A DNA stretch of 64,000 nt from Bigelowiella natans CCMP2755 (GCA_000320545.1 ADNK01000566.1:1-64000), one strand, 5' to 3'; positions 15,229 to 28,340 are shown, counted from the first letter of the stretch. The notes: generated from the letters alone by a model not told the origin. Numbers and translations: made by a program.

Positions 15229-15960
15229 CTACCTATAGCTCGTCCGACTGGACCCCGCGTACACAACAGCATTACTATCGTAGATTGGACGCTTGGCGTC
15301 TGGATGATCCTCGTCCACCACAGCTGCTAGAAGGTCAGAGTCACGGCTCATCATGGCGCGGTGATGGCCACGGCGGCTTGGGGGGGCGCCGCGGGCTTGA
15401 AGCTCTCCCATCACTAGCCAGCGTGTGCACGCACCTCGTATGCACGGCAAGCATGCTGAGATGAAGTCGAGGAGGAGCTTGCGGCCCTGGTGGTACGCGA
15501 AGAAGCAGAGGCATAGGAATAGCGTGCACAGGTACGACATGAGCAGCACCCAGGAGATCGCGCGGCGGAAGTCCTTCTCGGACGTGACCTCGAGAACGAA
15601 GACGATGCTGCACAACCCAACGCGCAGCGCAAAGAGCGCGTTGAGCAGAATGGCCGTGTGGCCGTGCAGATAAGGCTTCTTCACCAAGATAACCTGCAAG
15701 CACGCAGGCTCGATTACAGCATACCGTTACCGCTACAACAACAACAACTACTACTACTACTACTACTATTACTAGTTTACCAAGAACATCGCCGTCTGCA
15801 AGAGGAGGATGAAGACGAGAGACACCACCGAACGGCTCCGGACGGCACCCACCATAATCCCTGTCAGTATCCGCACACAAATGTCCAACACCGCCACGTA
15901 TCGCTGCTCGAATTTGTACCTATAAACACAAGATATTTGTATATGTATGCATATTTATAA

Positions 15961-16001
<41 letters not shown>

Positions 16002-17688
16002 GTACGACTACACTGCTTCGTGAATGGAAAGAAACAACAAAAATGGCACGGAAGTCTTGCCAAAGCACCCTTATTATTACCATCACTAAGATAAGGTGCA
16101 AAATACGTTATCATCACCATCGTCATCATCGTCATCATTATCATCATTAGCACCATCATTAATAGCTTCATCATTTTCATCACTTACATGCGCCAAAAGT
16201 GCCCCCAAATGGCGTTTGAGCGTCCGTGGAGAAATAGATCTATGTATTCTCGGCGAGAAGGTACCTGGAAAGACGGGTGTATTAACTATAAATGAATCCA
16301 TTTGTCTCTGTATCTTCCTTCTCCTCCTTCTAACATTTGTACGATCTCTCTGCGAACGACTTATCATCATCACCATCACCGCCACCACCACCACCACCAC
16401 CACCACCACCACTAGCACCTTGAGGCACAGCTGCACTAGCAGTCCAGCGTACATGAGGAACACCAACAAAATGAAGAAACTCCTGCAGAAACAACAGTAC
16501 GACGAACTCATATTGAATGTGACAAGACGTTGCTTCAATCGCATGCTCTCATGGCATGCGCGCGCGCGCACACACACATGCACACAAACTCGCACTCACA
16601 ACACGTCGTCGACGCAGTGATAGCGGCAGTGAGTGAATGGTGGTAACATGCAAAAGCATACAAACACATTCTTAACATATATGGTTATTTCAATTATAAT
16701 ATGACCCCGCCGCGCAGCTCCCAGAGCCGAGTTCTAGCGAGTACTTGTACGAGGGATTTGAGTAGCAAAAAGACATGAAATACGTCCCTGAAAGCAGCAT
16801 CATCGTGTAAGTAAGTGTGTTGATGATGATAGAAGGATGGTGACATGGTTGTAGTAGACGAGAGAGGAAAGAGAGAGACGAGAGAGGAAGAAGAAGAAAA
16901 AGAAGAAGAAGAAGAAGAAGAGGAGAGATTTTTCCTTTTACCAAGGGAAAAACACGGGTATAGTGCGGTCAGGAGAATGATTGCCAGTCCCTTGTAAAGC
17001 AGCCACCACCTGGTTGTGAATAGGAGAAAGAGACGCACAGATAGACAGGTAGACACAGAGAGAGAGAGGGAGAGGGAGAGGGAGAGGGAGAGAGAGAGAG
17101 AGAAAATGTTAATAAGATGACTTTGAATACTAAATACGTCGTAAGCAGCAGTGCGAACACGGCCAAGATCCATCGATGTTTTTCGTATTAGATCCCAGTA
17201 TTTAAATGTATTATTATTATCTAATATGTTTCGGAGCGGGGCATATGCATACATATAATACCAGTGTATGTCTGCCTGTGCAGTTCGCATGGTGTTGACG
17301 TACGGCGACAGCACACGATTTAGCCCCCACATTCCTACGATGAAGCCCGTGTAGACGGCCGCGGCGAGGACGAAGTTCATCGCTGCGGACTGGGCAAGAT
17401 AATTAGGGTTTATACGGCTCTCGAATGCCAATCGCTCGATGCCAGTCAGCTCGGCGCTTGCGCATTATTTTCCGGGACCATCAGCAGCATAGCGAGACGA
17501 ATGAAACAAAACAAATCCATAGCATGCAGAGGAATATGATGAGGATGATGATGATGAAGAGGAGGAGGAGGAGGAAGAGGAGGAGGAGGAGGAAGAGGAT
17601 GGCAGCATGAGAGAAAGAATATGTGGTGTGGTAATCGAGGAGATTGATAAAGGAGACAAGGAAGCGGACGACGACAATGCAATGAAAC

Positions 17689-17721
<33 letters not shown>

Positions 17722-18374
17722 ATACTAAAAAATCATCATAGCAAATCAAACATTGTTCTGGTTGTTGTTGATTTTTTTTTCCTTGCCGTAGTTACGTGTT
17801 GGCATTCTCGCTAATCTGCTCAATCCCGACTGTCTCCAATGACAATCCAGTGAAAGCCGACAGTATGTGCACGCCAATAGTCCCAACAATGCCTGATCGT
17901 AGTAGAAGTAGTAGTAGTAAGGAGAGGGCTTGCTTCACAACTACGAGTAGTTCCATAGCTGAGCACTTATGATTATTATTAATATCATCCTCCTCCTCCT
18001 TCTGCTTCTTCTTCTTTTTCTTCTTCTTGTTGTTCTTGTTGTTGTTGTTGGTGTAGCAGCACCTGTTGACCAGCCCAGAATATAGTTGAACCGTAGCTGC
18101 GAATACAAGTTGGAGCTATATAGGAAATCAACCTAATGAAGATGATGATGATGATGATGGTGATGATGGTGGTGATGGTGATGATGGTGGTGATGGTGAT
18201 GAGCGTGTGAGCATTAGCGTGAAATATCTGTGCCGCCCACCCAAACCACACCAGCAGAGAAGGATAGCAAAAAGAGAAGGGGATTTCTATATACAGTATA
18301 TAAGTATATACAAATTCTTCCGCCGGGAGCGCACGTGCGTTCAATATAACTGTGCTGCTCTTAACAGACTTTTA

Positions 18375-18405
<31 letters not shown>

Positions 18406-18460
18406 TACTACTACTAATATTGCTACTACCTCCAATAGCATCACGAAGAATTGCGCGATT

Positions 18461-18532
<72 letters not shown>

Positions 18533-18605
18533 GTAAAATAAATACAACCAAATCTCAAGAATAGTACGAAATAACCAACAACAACAGCAATCCACCAATA
18601 TGCAG

Positions 18606-18702
<97 letters not shown>

Positions 18703-18745
18703 AAACTACCAAGGATGGAGGAGATCATCAGGGCGGCAGATTTTG
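15229..18745 (-). other. FLC/fungal Pkd2-like (PF06011 TRP-like) multipass membrane domain coding region
   Basis: Spliced peptides: ISSILEIAQFFVMLLEVDFLYSSNLYSQLRFNYILGWSTG; TGIERLAFESRINPNYL; RWWLLYKGLAIILLTALYP; IWGHFWRMYKFEQRYVAVLDI; LQTAMFLVILVKKPYLHGHT. These follow the order of remembered FLC-family motifs (FQ…W.xG, GIER+AF, W…KG…P, WG.LY, +PY). Confidence 0.65.
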
Positions 18746-20307
18746 CAGAGTACTGTTTCCTCATTGTCGTGGTGGTGGAGGTGCGAACGATGTTGTGCTG
18801 CTGCTGCTGCTGGTGGTGGTGGTGGCGCTTATACGGATCTTCTAAGTGTCCCACAAAGCGAGCCCTTACCGGACGATGGTCACTAATCGTGCATTCCTCC
18901 ACGCTCTCATAGCCGCATGGAACAAACGCCTTGAGATGGCGGTTTCCAGTGCTGCTTTTTGGAGAAGAAGAGGAGGAGGACGAAGAAGCTGGCGACACCG
19001 TCCCTTCCACCTTTGCATACGATGACGACGATAACCCCGACTGACAACCTCCTATCTCACTCCCTTCCGCATCCTTGTCAGTACGGAGAGAGCGGTGATG
19101 ATGGGGATTGTTTTTGTGTTGCTCACCGTCACCTCGAATGCGGTAGAAGATGCGGTCGGTCCAACCAGGAATTCTGATGATGTTGTAACGGCATATATCA
19201 TCATTATCACCACCATCAATCTTGTAGCTGTGGTATTGTTGTTCGGAGTATTTATCACTACTGGAACTACTAAAACGTTAGATATTGGTGGATATTGGGA
19301 TTTTAAAATGATCGTACGTCGACGACACTACTGATCGATTATAGTAGAGAAGGAGGGCCAAAGACACACACACCACTCATACCTCGCAGTGCTATATTCC
19401 AGTCCTTGTGCTGCCAGCCCTTTAGCAACCATATCGTCGTCGTAAGACAAAGTTTGCCCGCTTGTCATCTGCTCTTCCTTCTTCTCGTCCATCCCCTCTA
19501 AATCTACAACATTATCACCACGACTCCCCTCCCCATTCCCCATTTTATCATCATCATCAATCACAGGTTCCGACGAGCTTTTCTTCTTCATAGGCATCTG
19601 AAGAGCCCGCTTGTAGGTCGGCGCAAATTCAATGCGGCCCGCTTCTCTTAGTCCGCCGTCCGTGAATGCCTCGTTACGCGCACGTGCAATTGTCAGCTGG
19701 TCTTTAGAAAGAAGCTCCGAGAACTTGCGTTGGGAGATGAGTTTCACGGCTCGTGAGAAGGCGGTTTTGGGAAAGTCGAGCCGATAGTTGAGGTCCCCAA
19801 GCCATATCAATAGATCGCCGTCCAGGAGTCCGCAGGCGGAGAAATTTCCATCGAAAAACCACATGTTCCTGTGTGTGGGGGGGGTCGGGGGGTTGGTGGT
19901 CATCAGCAATTTCCTCCTTCATAGGAAGAATGTTATCTCTTCCCCTCAACCCTCTCTATGTTTCTCCCTCGAAAAAAGATATTTAAATTTACCACTTCCT
20001 TTTCTTCTCGCAACCAACACTACCACTACCACGAGCACTCGCTATTTCCACTGCGGCCTCTGCATCATTTATTTATTTATGTATTAATTACTCGAGAATA
20101 TCACGATAATTCCGGTTCCTCTTTGTCACTTTTTCGAGATGAGCTGCAAGGTGGGCATTGACGAACACGAATGTGGCGTCGAAGACGCATAGGCGACATG
20201 CAACCTGTTTCATCATCATAATGATAACAACTTGGATCAGTGGAGAACAGAGATGGATGCTGTCCGAGCTACGTACGTAGGAGAAGACATCGCAATGTAC
20301 ACAAACG

Positions 20308-20346
<39 letters not shown>

Positions 20347-20553
20347 CGCAACACACACCGCGCCCTTGTTTCCGAGCCGGCCAACCCCGACACCTTGATT
20401 TATTGAGGCATTCCACAATGTAAGGCATCATATATTAGACCGTTCTTCTTCAAAACAGAATTTGGGATACAAAAAAAGAACAGTAGCAAGATATTTTCTA
20501 ATCTGGGCCTGGACATATATCGACAGTAGAGATGAGTGAGAAGGCACGTGTGC

Positions 20554-20593
<40 letters not shown>

Positions 20594-20785
20594 CCAAGGT
20601 GGTCAGTTTGGATCTCAGAGACATACGGGAACATATCAGTACGGACATAAACCAGGAGGAGAATGCCTACCAGCTGCTGAATGCATACCTTCATGTACCT
20701 TGATATATTATACGTAATAATAACAACCCCAACCTTAGAAAATGATCACACACCACACACACACACACCTCATACATAATGATAC

Positions 20786-20835
<50 letters not shown>

Positions 20836-21870
20836 GGAAGGGGGGGGGATAGAGAGTGGAAACGCGCCATACATATAAGTGTATGAAAGAGTACAATGGT
20901 CTCATCAGTATCTATAGTAACCCCGGGTTCGTCGCATCACGATTATTGTCATTCCTTCGGTTGAGGATAATCTGCTCAATCAGGTTCTCCCATGGTAACG
21001 CGGCGTGATGCGGTCGAATGGCGACATTCAAGGGATTCAAATCCACTACCTATGCACACAACACACACCAACTTTGGTGAAGAGATCCAGTATTACAACG
21101 TCTGTGTGGAAAATAAGATGTGCTTCATGATAACCACAACAATTATCAACACTTTACAATCTTATTATCAATAACAACTAACACCTCCTGGAGTCGATGA
21201 CATAGATGTCAGGCGGACTTAGCTGTCCCGTTTCGTGTCGAGAGTGACGCAGCGCATCTTCTGCTCCCCCATCGCAAGGGAATCCTGCACCCACATTCCA
21301 GGTGATGGCGCAAATGTCGAATTTCAGTAGAGTGTTTCCGCTCTGCATAGGAGAAAGGACACAATCATTGAATTGGGAATGCAAACACAGCTGCCAGATC
21401 GGAAATTCAGGGCCTTAACACTGCTCGCAAACTTATGCGGCCCCACATGTGCAGATAAAGTAAAAGTACAAACCTGCACTTCACCGGAAGGTGCTTCACC
21501 GTAAGGTGCGACGAAGCGAGAGAGTCTCCTGGTTATCAATGGCTGACGCTTTTCCATTGCAGGTTCAAATTCGTCAGACCGCTGCCAACATATCAAAACC
21601 ACGGTTTCTATTACAACCTTTTCATGAAACAATACTCTATTTTAAGTACCCCCAGATGGCGGCCTTGTACCGTTGAACCCGACGCCTTCCTTTTACCACC
21701 GCTTTGTTTAAAAGCGGCATCAAGTCAGCAGAGGAGGAGAAGAGAGAAAAAACAGAAGAACGATCTACATCCAAACAATCTATTCCCTCCGGTATTTGTC
21801 AATTAAAGGGAGGAGCGACCTGCTTGCTCTTCTCCGTAGCACCGTGACGACGAAGGGGCAGACGGAACCT
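15229..21870 (-). CDS. Putative inositol polyphosphate 5-phosphatase fused to a C-terminal FLC/TRP-like multipass membrane domain (multi-exon; 5' end approximate)
   Basis: 5-phosphatase motifs appear in order: ITWNVG, PDIYVI(GLQE)-VVDL, QLVGILLLVYV, GVGRLGNKGA, FVFVNAHLAAH…RNRNY, WLGDLNYRL, DQL, FAPTYK, PGWTDRI, SDHRPV. The same exon (19270-18710) runs on without a stop and splices in phase into membrane exons ending at the stop at 15229. Confidence 0.7.
18860..21345 (-). other. Inositol polyphosphate 5-phosphatase catalytic domain (IPPc) coding region
   Basis: Signature motifs TWNV, GNKG, NAHLAA, GDLNYR, PxWTDRI and SDHRPV are all present across exons. Confidence 0.93.
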
Positions 21871-22105
21871 GGTTGATGAGAATACAGGAATACCCGAGGC
21901 TGCTCGCTCGGCGAATCGAAGGGACTACGACGTTAATTTGCAGTCGCGACAACATTATCCCTGTGTCGCAAACCTGTAATCCCATGTCGCATGTTATGTC
22001 CGCTAATAACAATAATTATTAGAGCTACAACGTAGATACTAGGTCTAATATTCGGTACAGTAACCCCTACCACCTACGGCGTGCGTGGTGCATCTATAGA
22101 GTCTC

Positions 22106-23786
22106 ATGCAGGCCGGAGAATCATCCTGTATCCCCCTTCTTGGCACCCTCTCCGACGAGGCGGGGGAGAAGAAGATGAAGAAGGGTCTGTTCTTATTGCG
22201 GTCTACGGTGATGTTTGTAATTCTTGCCCTCATCAATTTGGGATTGCTTCTCCTGGCTGCAGCGTACTCCACTTTCGAGGGCCGGTAGATAAGTTTTCGC
22301 CTACCTTAGAATGTAGATGCCTGCCAAACTCACAGAATTATCAAATCAGGCAAGAATTCTTCTCTCTCGCATTGCTGGCTTGGACCTTTGGTCTGAGGCA
22401 TGCAGTTGACGCCGACCACATCGCTGCCATAGATAATGTGACACGCAAGCTTGTCGGCCAGGTTAGAATCCCTTGTTTTAGTCGTGTATACGAATGTAAT
22501 ATCTTCTGGTCATTTTCAAAACTGTTATGGCGTAACAGGGCCAGATTCCCGTTTCAGTTGGACTTATGTTTGGAATTGGTGAGCCAACATTAAATTATAC
22601 TGACTTCATTCTTAGCAGATTTTTTGTTATCAGGGCACTCTTTTATGGTTCTAGTGATATCCTGTATCACAATTGTATCTGCTGCAACACTTCGAGGGAT
22701 GGAGGGTCCTCTCGCCGGTAGCAAATCATTCATTCGATCGTCTTCATAGCACTGAACCACTCTTCTTTCGACTCAGACTTCGGACGGCTTATCGGAACAT
22801 TATTCTCAGCCATTGTCCTGCTAGTGTTGGGAATTCTAAATGTGATATTATTTTTATCACTCCTAATGGAGGACAAAAATGCCCAGCCAGGATCGGGAAA
22901 CAGTAATGGCAGCATGGATGGTGGTTGCTTCACCAGGTGTCTCTCAGGAGCCTTTCGGTTAGTGGATAGCCCTTGGAAGATGTTTTTCTTGGGACTGGTG
23001 TTCAGTTTGAGTTTCGATACCTCTACCGAAGTTGCTCTCCTTGTATTGATCGCGGAAAAGCCGATCGTGAGTGGCAAGACTTCTTCATCTGCCGAGGCAG
23101 CCAAAGGTTTTGGTGATAAATTCAATATCTCATGTACAATATGATACCGATTTTACTATAACGATAGACGTACAGTGGATGATAACTACGAGGTTTCCTT
23201 TAATTATCTCAGAAAATGGCTCTGTAGGCGGATGGCAAGTTGCAATGGCCATGGTCTTGCCGCTCCTTTTTGCTGCTGGAATGACAATAATTGATGCAGC
23301 CGATGGAGTTGGCATGGCCTGGGCCTACGCGTATGGTCAAGAACGCAGCCATCAGCGTCGAATGTACAATCTTATCATCACAGGAGTATCCGCCTTCGTA
23401 GCTTTGGGACTGGGGGTGCTGGAGGTATTGCAGGTCATCGCTGAACGTATGGATTGGCATGGTGGGATTTTCTGGGAAACGGTGGAGTCACTCGACCCAG
23501 GAGCTATGGTAAAAACTGCTGAAGATTGAGGATTGTTTTTACGTTTCAATGTCGCCCTGAAAATCTAAATGATATTGAATATTAGGGTTACGCCGTACTT
23601 GCGATGTTCGGTATTCTGATATTCACTGCTGTAATCTACGAGACCTTTACACACTACTCCGGGGTCCGGAAAACGACACTTGATGAGGAAGTATCACCCA
23701 CCACAGCAGATTACCAGAGCCTCGAAGATCATACCCCCGATGCTATCATTGAATCGTCAGAAAAGAAATATAAAGATCGTGTCTAG
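22106..23786 (+). CDS. High-affinity nickel/cobalt transporter, NiCoT (HoxN/NixA/Nic1) family; about 6 exons
   Basis: Signature LAWTFGLRHAVDADHIAAIDNVTRKL; PVSVGLMFGIGHS; LVFSLSFDTSTEVALL; LPLLFAAGMTIIDAADG; YNLIITGVS. Exon 1 is 22106-22284, exon 2 is 22350-22461, and the stop is at 23786. Confidence 0.93.
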
Positions 23787-23879
23787 AAAAGAAGATAGGG
23801 GGATGCAAAGCAGACGTTATTTGATGCGATCAACCCCGCTAGCCATCATTATAATCTTTAGTTGTCATTCAGCATGATA

Positions 23880-24480
23880 CTATCTATGTGATGAGATGTG
23901 ATGCACAACTAGCTAGCTAGACAACTAAGCATCATGTGCTTCTTCATGAAGCATTATGGCTAGCAGATAGCACTGCAGTCCACAACAGCACAGCTGCATG
24001 CGTGTTGCATGTCGCACCGCACTAGCGCACCGCCACTAGCTGTAGCACATCGATCGATCACGAGCCGCTCCGTCTAGCTAGCCGTGCATGCATGATGACA
24101 CGATGTGTCTGGCTAGCTAGCTAGCTAGCTAGCTAGGTGTGTTGCAGGCACACATGAACAGCTGCCATGACGGCTCTGGATCGGAATGGTCATGCATGGT
24201 AGTGTTTGCTTCTGGCACACCAGCGCTTTGTTCCACCGCGTAGCAAGCTTATAAGCTGTAGATGCGATCGCGTGGCGCATGCAAAGCTAGAAAGGCTTGT
24301 GGCAAGCTAGTGGTGAGCTAAACACAGTGAGAATGCATAAATGTTCATCTCGAATAGCAGCAGTATTTTATTCTAATGAGTATCGCCACATGCACTTGCA
24401 GTTTCTACCGAATTCCCGCTGCTGATTGTGAGATGTAGCATGCATCCTAATGATACATCTGTAGCCCTCAATTGATAAAG
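23880..24480. other. Convergent intergenic spacer rich in GCTAGC/GCATGC words
   Basis: Examples: actagctagctagac, gctagctagctagctagctagctagg, gtgcatgcatgatg. It lies between the 3' ends of the NiCoT gene and psbX. Confidence 0.65.
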
Positions 24481-24536
24481 TCACAACAACTACTCATGTC
24501 GCCACAAAATCGAGCTTCGCCCTATTTATCATCAAC

Positions 24537-25293
24537 TTATTGACGATCAATTTGGTCGAACTTAGCAACAGTGGAGAGAGCTCCGAAGATTCCGAGAACA
24601 ACTCCACCTCCAGCAAGAAGGGAAAGGAAGTAGCGCTTGAGGGAAGGTGTAACCTCAGCAGTCTGCTGCACAAGCTGAGGAGCCTGAGCCTAATAAACGT
24701 CATCAGAATGAGGGAAAACTCAGTTGGATTGTTTCATGTCGACTGTCAAAAAGAGTTCCAGCGCACCTGGAAGTCGTAGTTCTGGTTCATAACATACTCA
24801 CGTGCCATCTGTGGGCGCTGGAATTCCTGAGCTTGGACAGGAGCATTCTGCATACCCATCATGCTAAGACCACCAACCGCAGCAGCCATACCAGCGTTTT
24901 TCTGCCAAATTCATTTCATTAGTTTCTTCTTTAAAGCCGCAAACATTTTCTATGTTTGTGAAAGATTTCGTTTCCATCTCTTAATTCTTCTTCTTTTAGC
25001 CGCTCCATTTTCTTTAATTGTGTGAAAATTTGTTTGCGTTTCTTAATTCAAATATATTTAAGTAGTATTTTTCTGGAAAAGTGCAGAATCCCCATTTTAC
25101 TACACTGAATATCGTCTCGCATGCGTGGTTCGTTTGAACATTCTCTGTCTATTACCGCGAAAGTTGCAGGACGGATCTGGGTCCTAGCACGCACAGGGGC
25201 GCCTAGGGTATTGGTGCGGGTTGCTGCCATAACGAGGCATACAACGAGAACAGCGTTTAGCGCGACAGAAAGGTACAGAGCAACAGACTTCAT
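24537..25293 (-). CDS. psbX: Photosystem II subunit PsbX precursor, nucleus-encoded with secondary-plastid targeting leader
   Basis: Exons 25293-25156, 24901-24767 and 24689-24537 splice to MKSVALYLSVALNAVLVVCLVMAATRTNTLGAPVRARTQIRPATFA-KNAGMAAAVGGLSMMGMQNAPVQAQEFQRPQMAREYVMNQNYDFQ-AQAPQLVQQTAEVTPSLKRYFLSLLAGGGVVLGIFGALSTVAKFDQIDRQ*. TPSLK..FLSL+AGG.V…FD.+.R is the PsbX core. The ORF track misses it. Confidence 0.9.
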
Positions 25294-26333
25294 TGTATAA
25301 GAGGGGGGAGCGTTTGAGGAGTGTAAGTTCGCAGTCGAACCGATTTCAACCATACACCTGCCAAAACACTTGATTATGTAGGAAATATACAATGTAATTT
25401 TAAATAACGACAGAGTATTTTTTATAATGTAGGTAAAATTCTGCGATGTACGTGGGTACGTGATTTCCCTCACAGAAAGCACTTAGTTTGAAATCCTCAC
25501 AAACCCCCGAGCCCAAAGAGCCCAGACTGAACTGCCAGTGACGGAATCCCCTCATTATGTTTATTTTATAGTCCTAATTAATTAGAAAGACAACATATTT
25601 ATTGTGTCTTAGAATTTAAATATTATCCCAACAAAGCGGTCCTTTCAAGGCACAAGAGACGTTCTGCCTCTTGTGAATCGTCTAAGTCATGAAGTGAAAT
25701 TGACTACGTTTTGAACATAAATGCCTGCATTTCAGTCGGAAAAGGAGGAATTCCTTCTGGTATTCAATCTTTTTAATTCTAAAAGAGCTAGGGGGTTTAC
25801 ATGTGAGGATGGGAGCGATTACTGCACAGGAGGCACAAAACCAGTCGAATTATATCAAAAACAGCTTTACATTTGAGTCGCAGCAGATAAAAGTCAAATA
25901 TTTATTTTTCATTTTTGTGAAGGCCAGAATTTCCTTCGGTTCTTAGAAGAAGTCTTGAAGTTCAATGTTCTCAATGACGCTTTGAGAAATGACTTTTCCA
26001 AGATGCCTGCTATTTTCTCTGAGCGTCCCTGAAATGCCAGGAGAGAACTTTGTTTTAGATTTCGTGGGTTCCTGAAGGACGATTGGCAAGAGAGACAAGG
26101 AAGTATGCACTTTTTCGTCTAGATTCGTACCTAAACATTGTGGAAGATGCGACTTCCCTCCATAAAATTTAGACTTTCCTAAAGTCGAGTGTCGCTGTAT
26201 CGATAAAAATTGGAAAGGCAAAAGCTTATTTTTATGTGATCAATATCCTTGTCTTAAAGGTAAATTACAATTGTCCATAATCTGCATCTGCCTCATACAT
26301 CCTGCATATGAATCTTAACTAAATCGGGTCGGA

Positions 26334-28296
26334 ATGGCGCTGGCCACCAGGCATGCACAGGACCCTCTCGAAGATGTTCCGTACGATTTCCGTGATGTTC
26401 CGTCGGCATCATATCAGCTCGACGCCTCGAAATCTCTCAAGATTAGGTCAGCGAAACAATTTTAAGGTTCCAAAGGCAATATGTCTGTGGAAAGAATTCA
26501 GAATGGCGCCTCTACAGCGCACGTGAATTTTGCGGGAAATAGTCCTCACGTCAGCATCGATATTTTTGTACTCCTTGCAAGCTTATATCATTGCACTGTA
26601 AGTACTTTCTTGGAGCGGTTCCAATTTGAAGTGGATAGAATGCATTTCATAATGCCAATCTGAACTTCAAGCACCCGAAAGGGTTTTGAGGAACTGAATA
26701 CCCTAATCCAAATTTAAAACAACTATATCAGCGACAGAGATCAATGGACAAAAATTATGCCAGAGATGTTATTACTCTGTAACGAAGCTGCAGATAGGTC
26801 TTTCGCACGTAAGAGAGGGAAGGTGTGAAATTAACAAACTAGAAATAAAAGAATTTTCTTTTGTTCCACGCTGGTGGGATAATATCGTGAAGTAAGTTAA
26901 ACGGGTTTCTCCTCAGATTTTATCAAGGGTTAGACAGGCTTTGGCTAGTCTAAGTGGATCCTCGGGGTTTAAAGCTATGACTGCTCTCGTTGCCGATTTT
27001 GCGGCAGGAAAAGAAACACCGGGGGGAGTGGACAAGCCGCTATCACTGGAGTAATAATTAGCTTACGAGGAGAGGCCACATGTGTTGAATCGTCCGTATG
27101 CTAATGCCTGTTTCAATTCGTGTTGGGGTTTGTACAATGTCGAAAGTGGTGTAAACGGTGCTTCTTTCTGTCTCTAGGTACATAGCTGATCGAGTTGATC
27201 TTGATGATCCCATTTGGGGGTACGTCGTTCGATCAGGAAAAGAGGTACATACTTACTTATTGTTGCACAAAATAAACGAGAATAACTTAGCCCCCTCCTA
27301 TATGTCATGTCTGAGAAGTGACGGTTACGCTGCGTTGTCAGGGATGGTTGCAAGGATTTATCACCATAACGACGTTCACAACATGGTGAGTCGGTGATAT
27401 CATGCATCGTTGTATGTAATGTTGCTTACAAATTGTTCTACATGGGTGTGGTTAGGCATCGTTGGTTCCGTTGGGACTCGTTCGCACAGGAGGCTGGCGT
27501 CATTGACTATTCTGACAATGGTGATACTACAAGTTCTATGTGCACTCAATTGTATATAATTGGTTCCTCGACGCTCCCCGATGTTTCCAGGCAAAGGCTT
27601 GGACGAAGCCCAGCTGATGGAGAGGGAAAAAATGCTGACCGGGAAAATTGACATCACTGGCGAGTTAGCTCAAGAGCTGAGAGGAGAAATTTTCGATGGA
27701 GATCCTAAAACACAGGTGGTTTTTGGATGAGCTTTTATGGCAGCAATGCCGATACACTGCACACACACACACACACACATACACACATAATGATGTACGG
27801 ATAATACCACCACACATACAAATCGACGATACATCCAACACTCAACACCTGGAGCATAAGGTATGCTGTAGTCACACTCGGACCACCAATTGAAGGGTGT
27901 AATATGGCCTCACATCGCCGAAATTTCTCTATTGGGAGCATTGGGTTGCGGATCAACCCTTGTCGAAGCGGTAGGGAGAATCTCTTTCCACTTTCCCCTA
28001 TAACTCCTCTGCCCCCCCCCCCCCCCCCCCCCCATCTCTGTCTCTCTCCCCTCTCTCTCGCTCTCCCTCTCGCCCTTTATTTCCCTCAAAAGCACGCATT
28101 TGATATGCTTATTCAGTTTTGAATCCATTCATTTCCCCTCAAGGTTATCCATGATCTGGAGCGAAGCAACGAGCACTTGTACGACTACATTGTCCTGCAG
28201 GCGACTAAGGCATCGATCAAATTCTATGAACGGTCTCTCATTTATCACATTCGCACTTTCACATAATGTAGCATAATATGTAGAATATATATATTA

Positions 28297-28340
<44 letters not shown>

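Noticed and set aside
16186-16290. Apparent third frameshift at …HLGALLAH|
   Set aside because: It resolves in the alternative frame (VPSRREYIDLFLHGRSNAIWGHFWRM|YKFE), which splices in phase without an indel.
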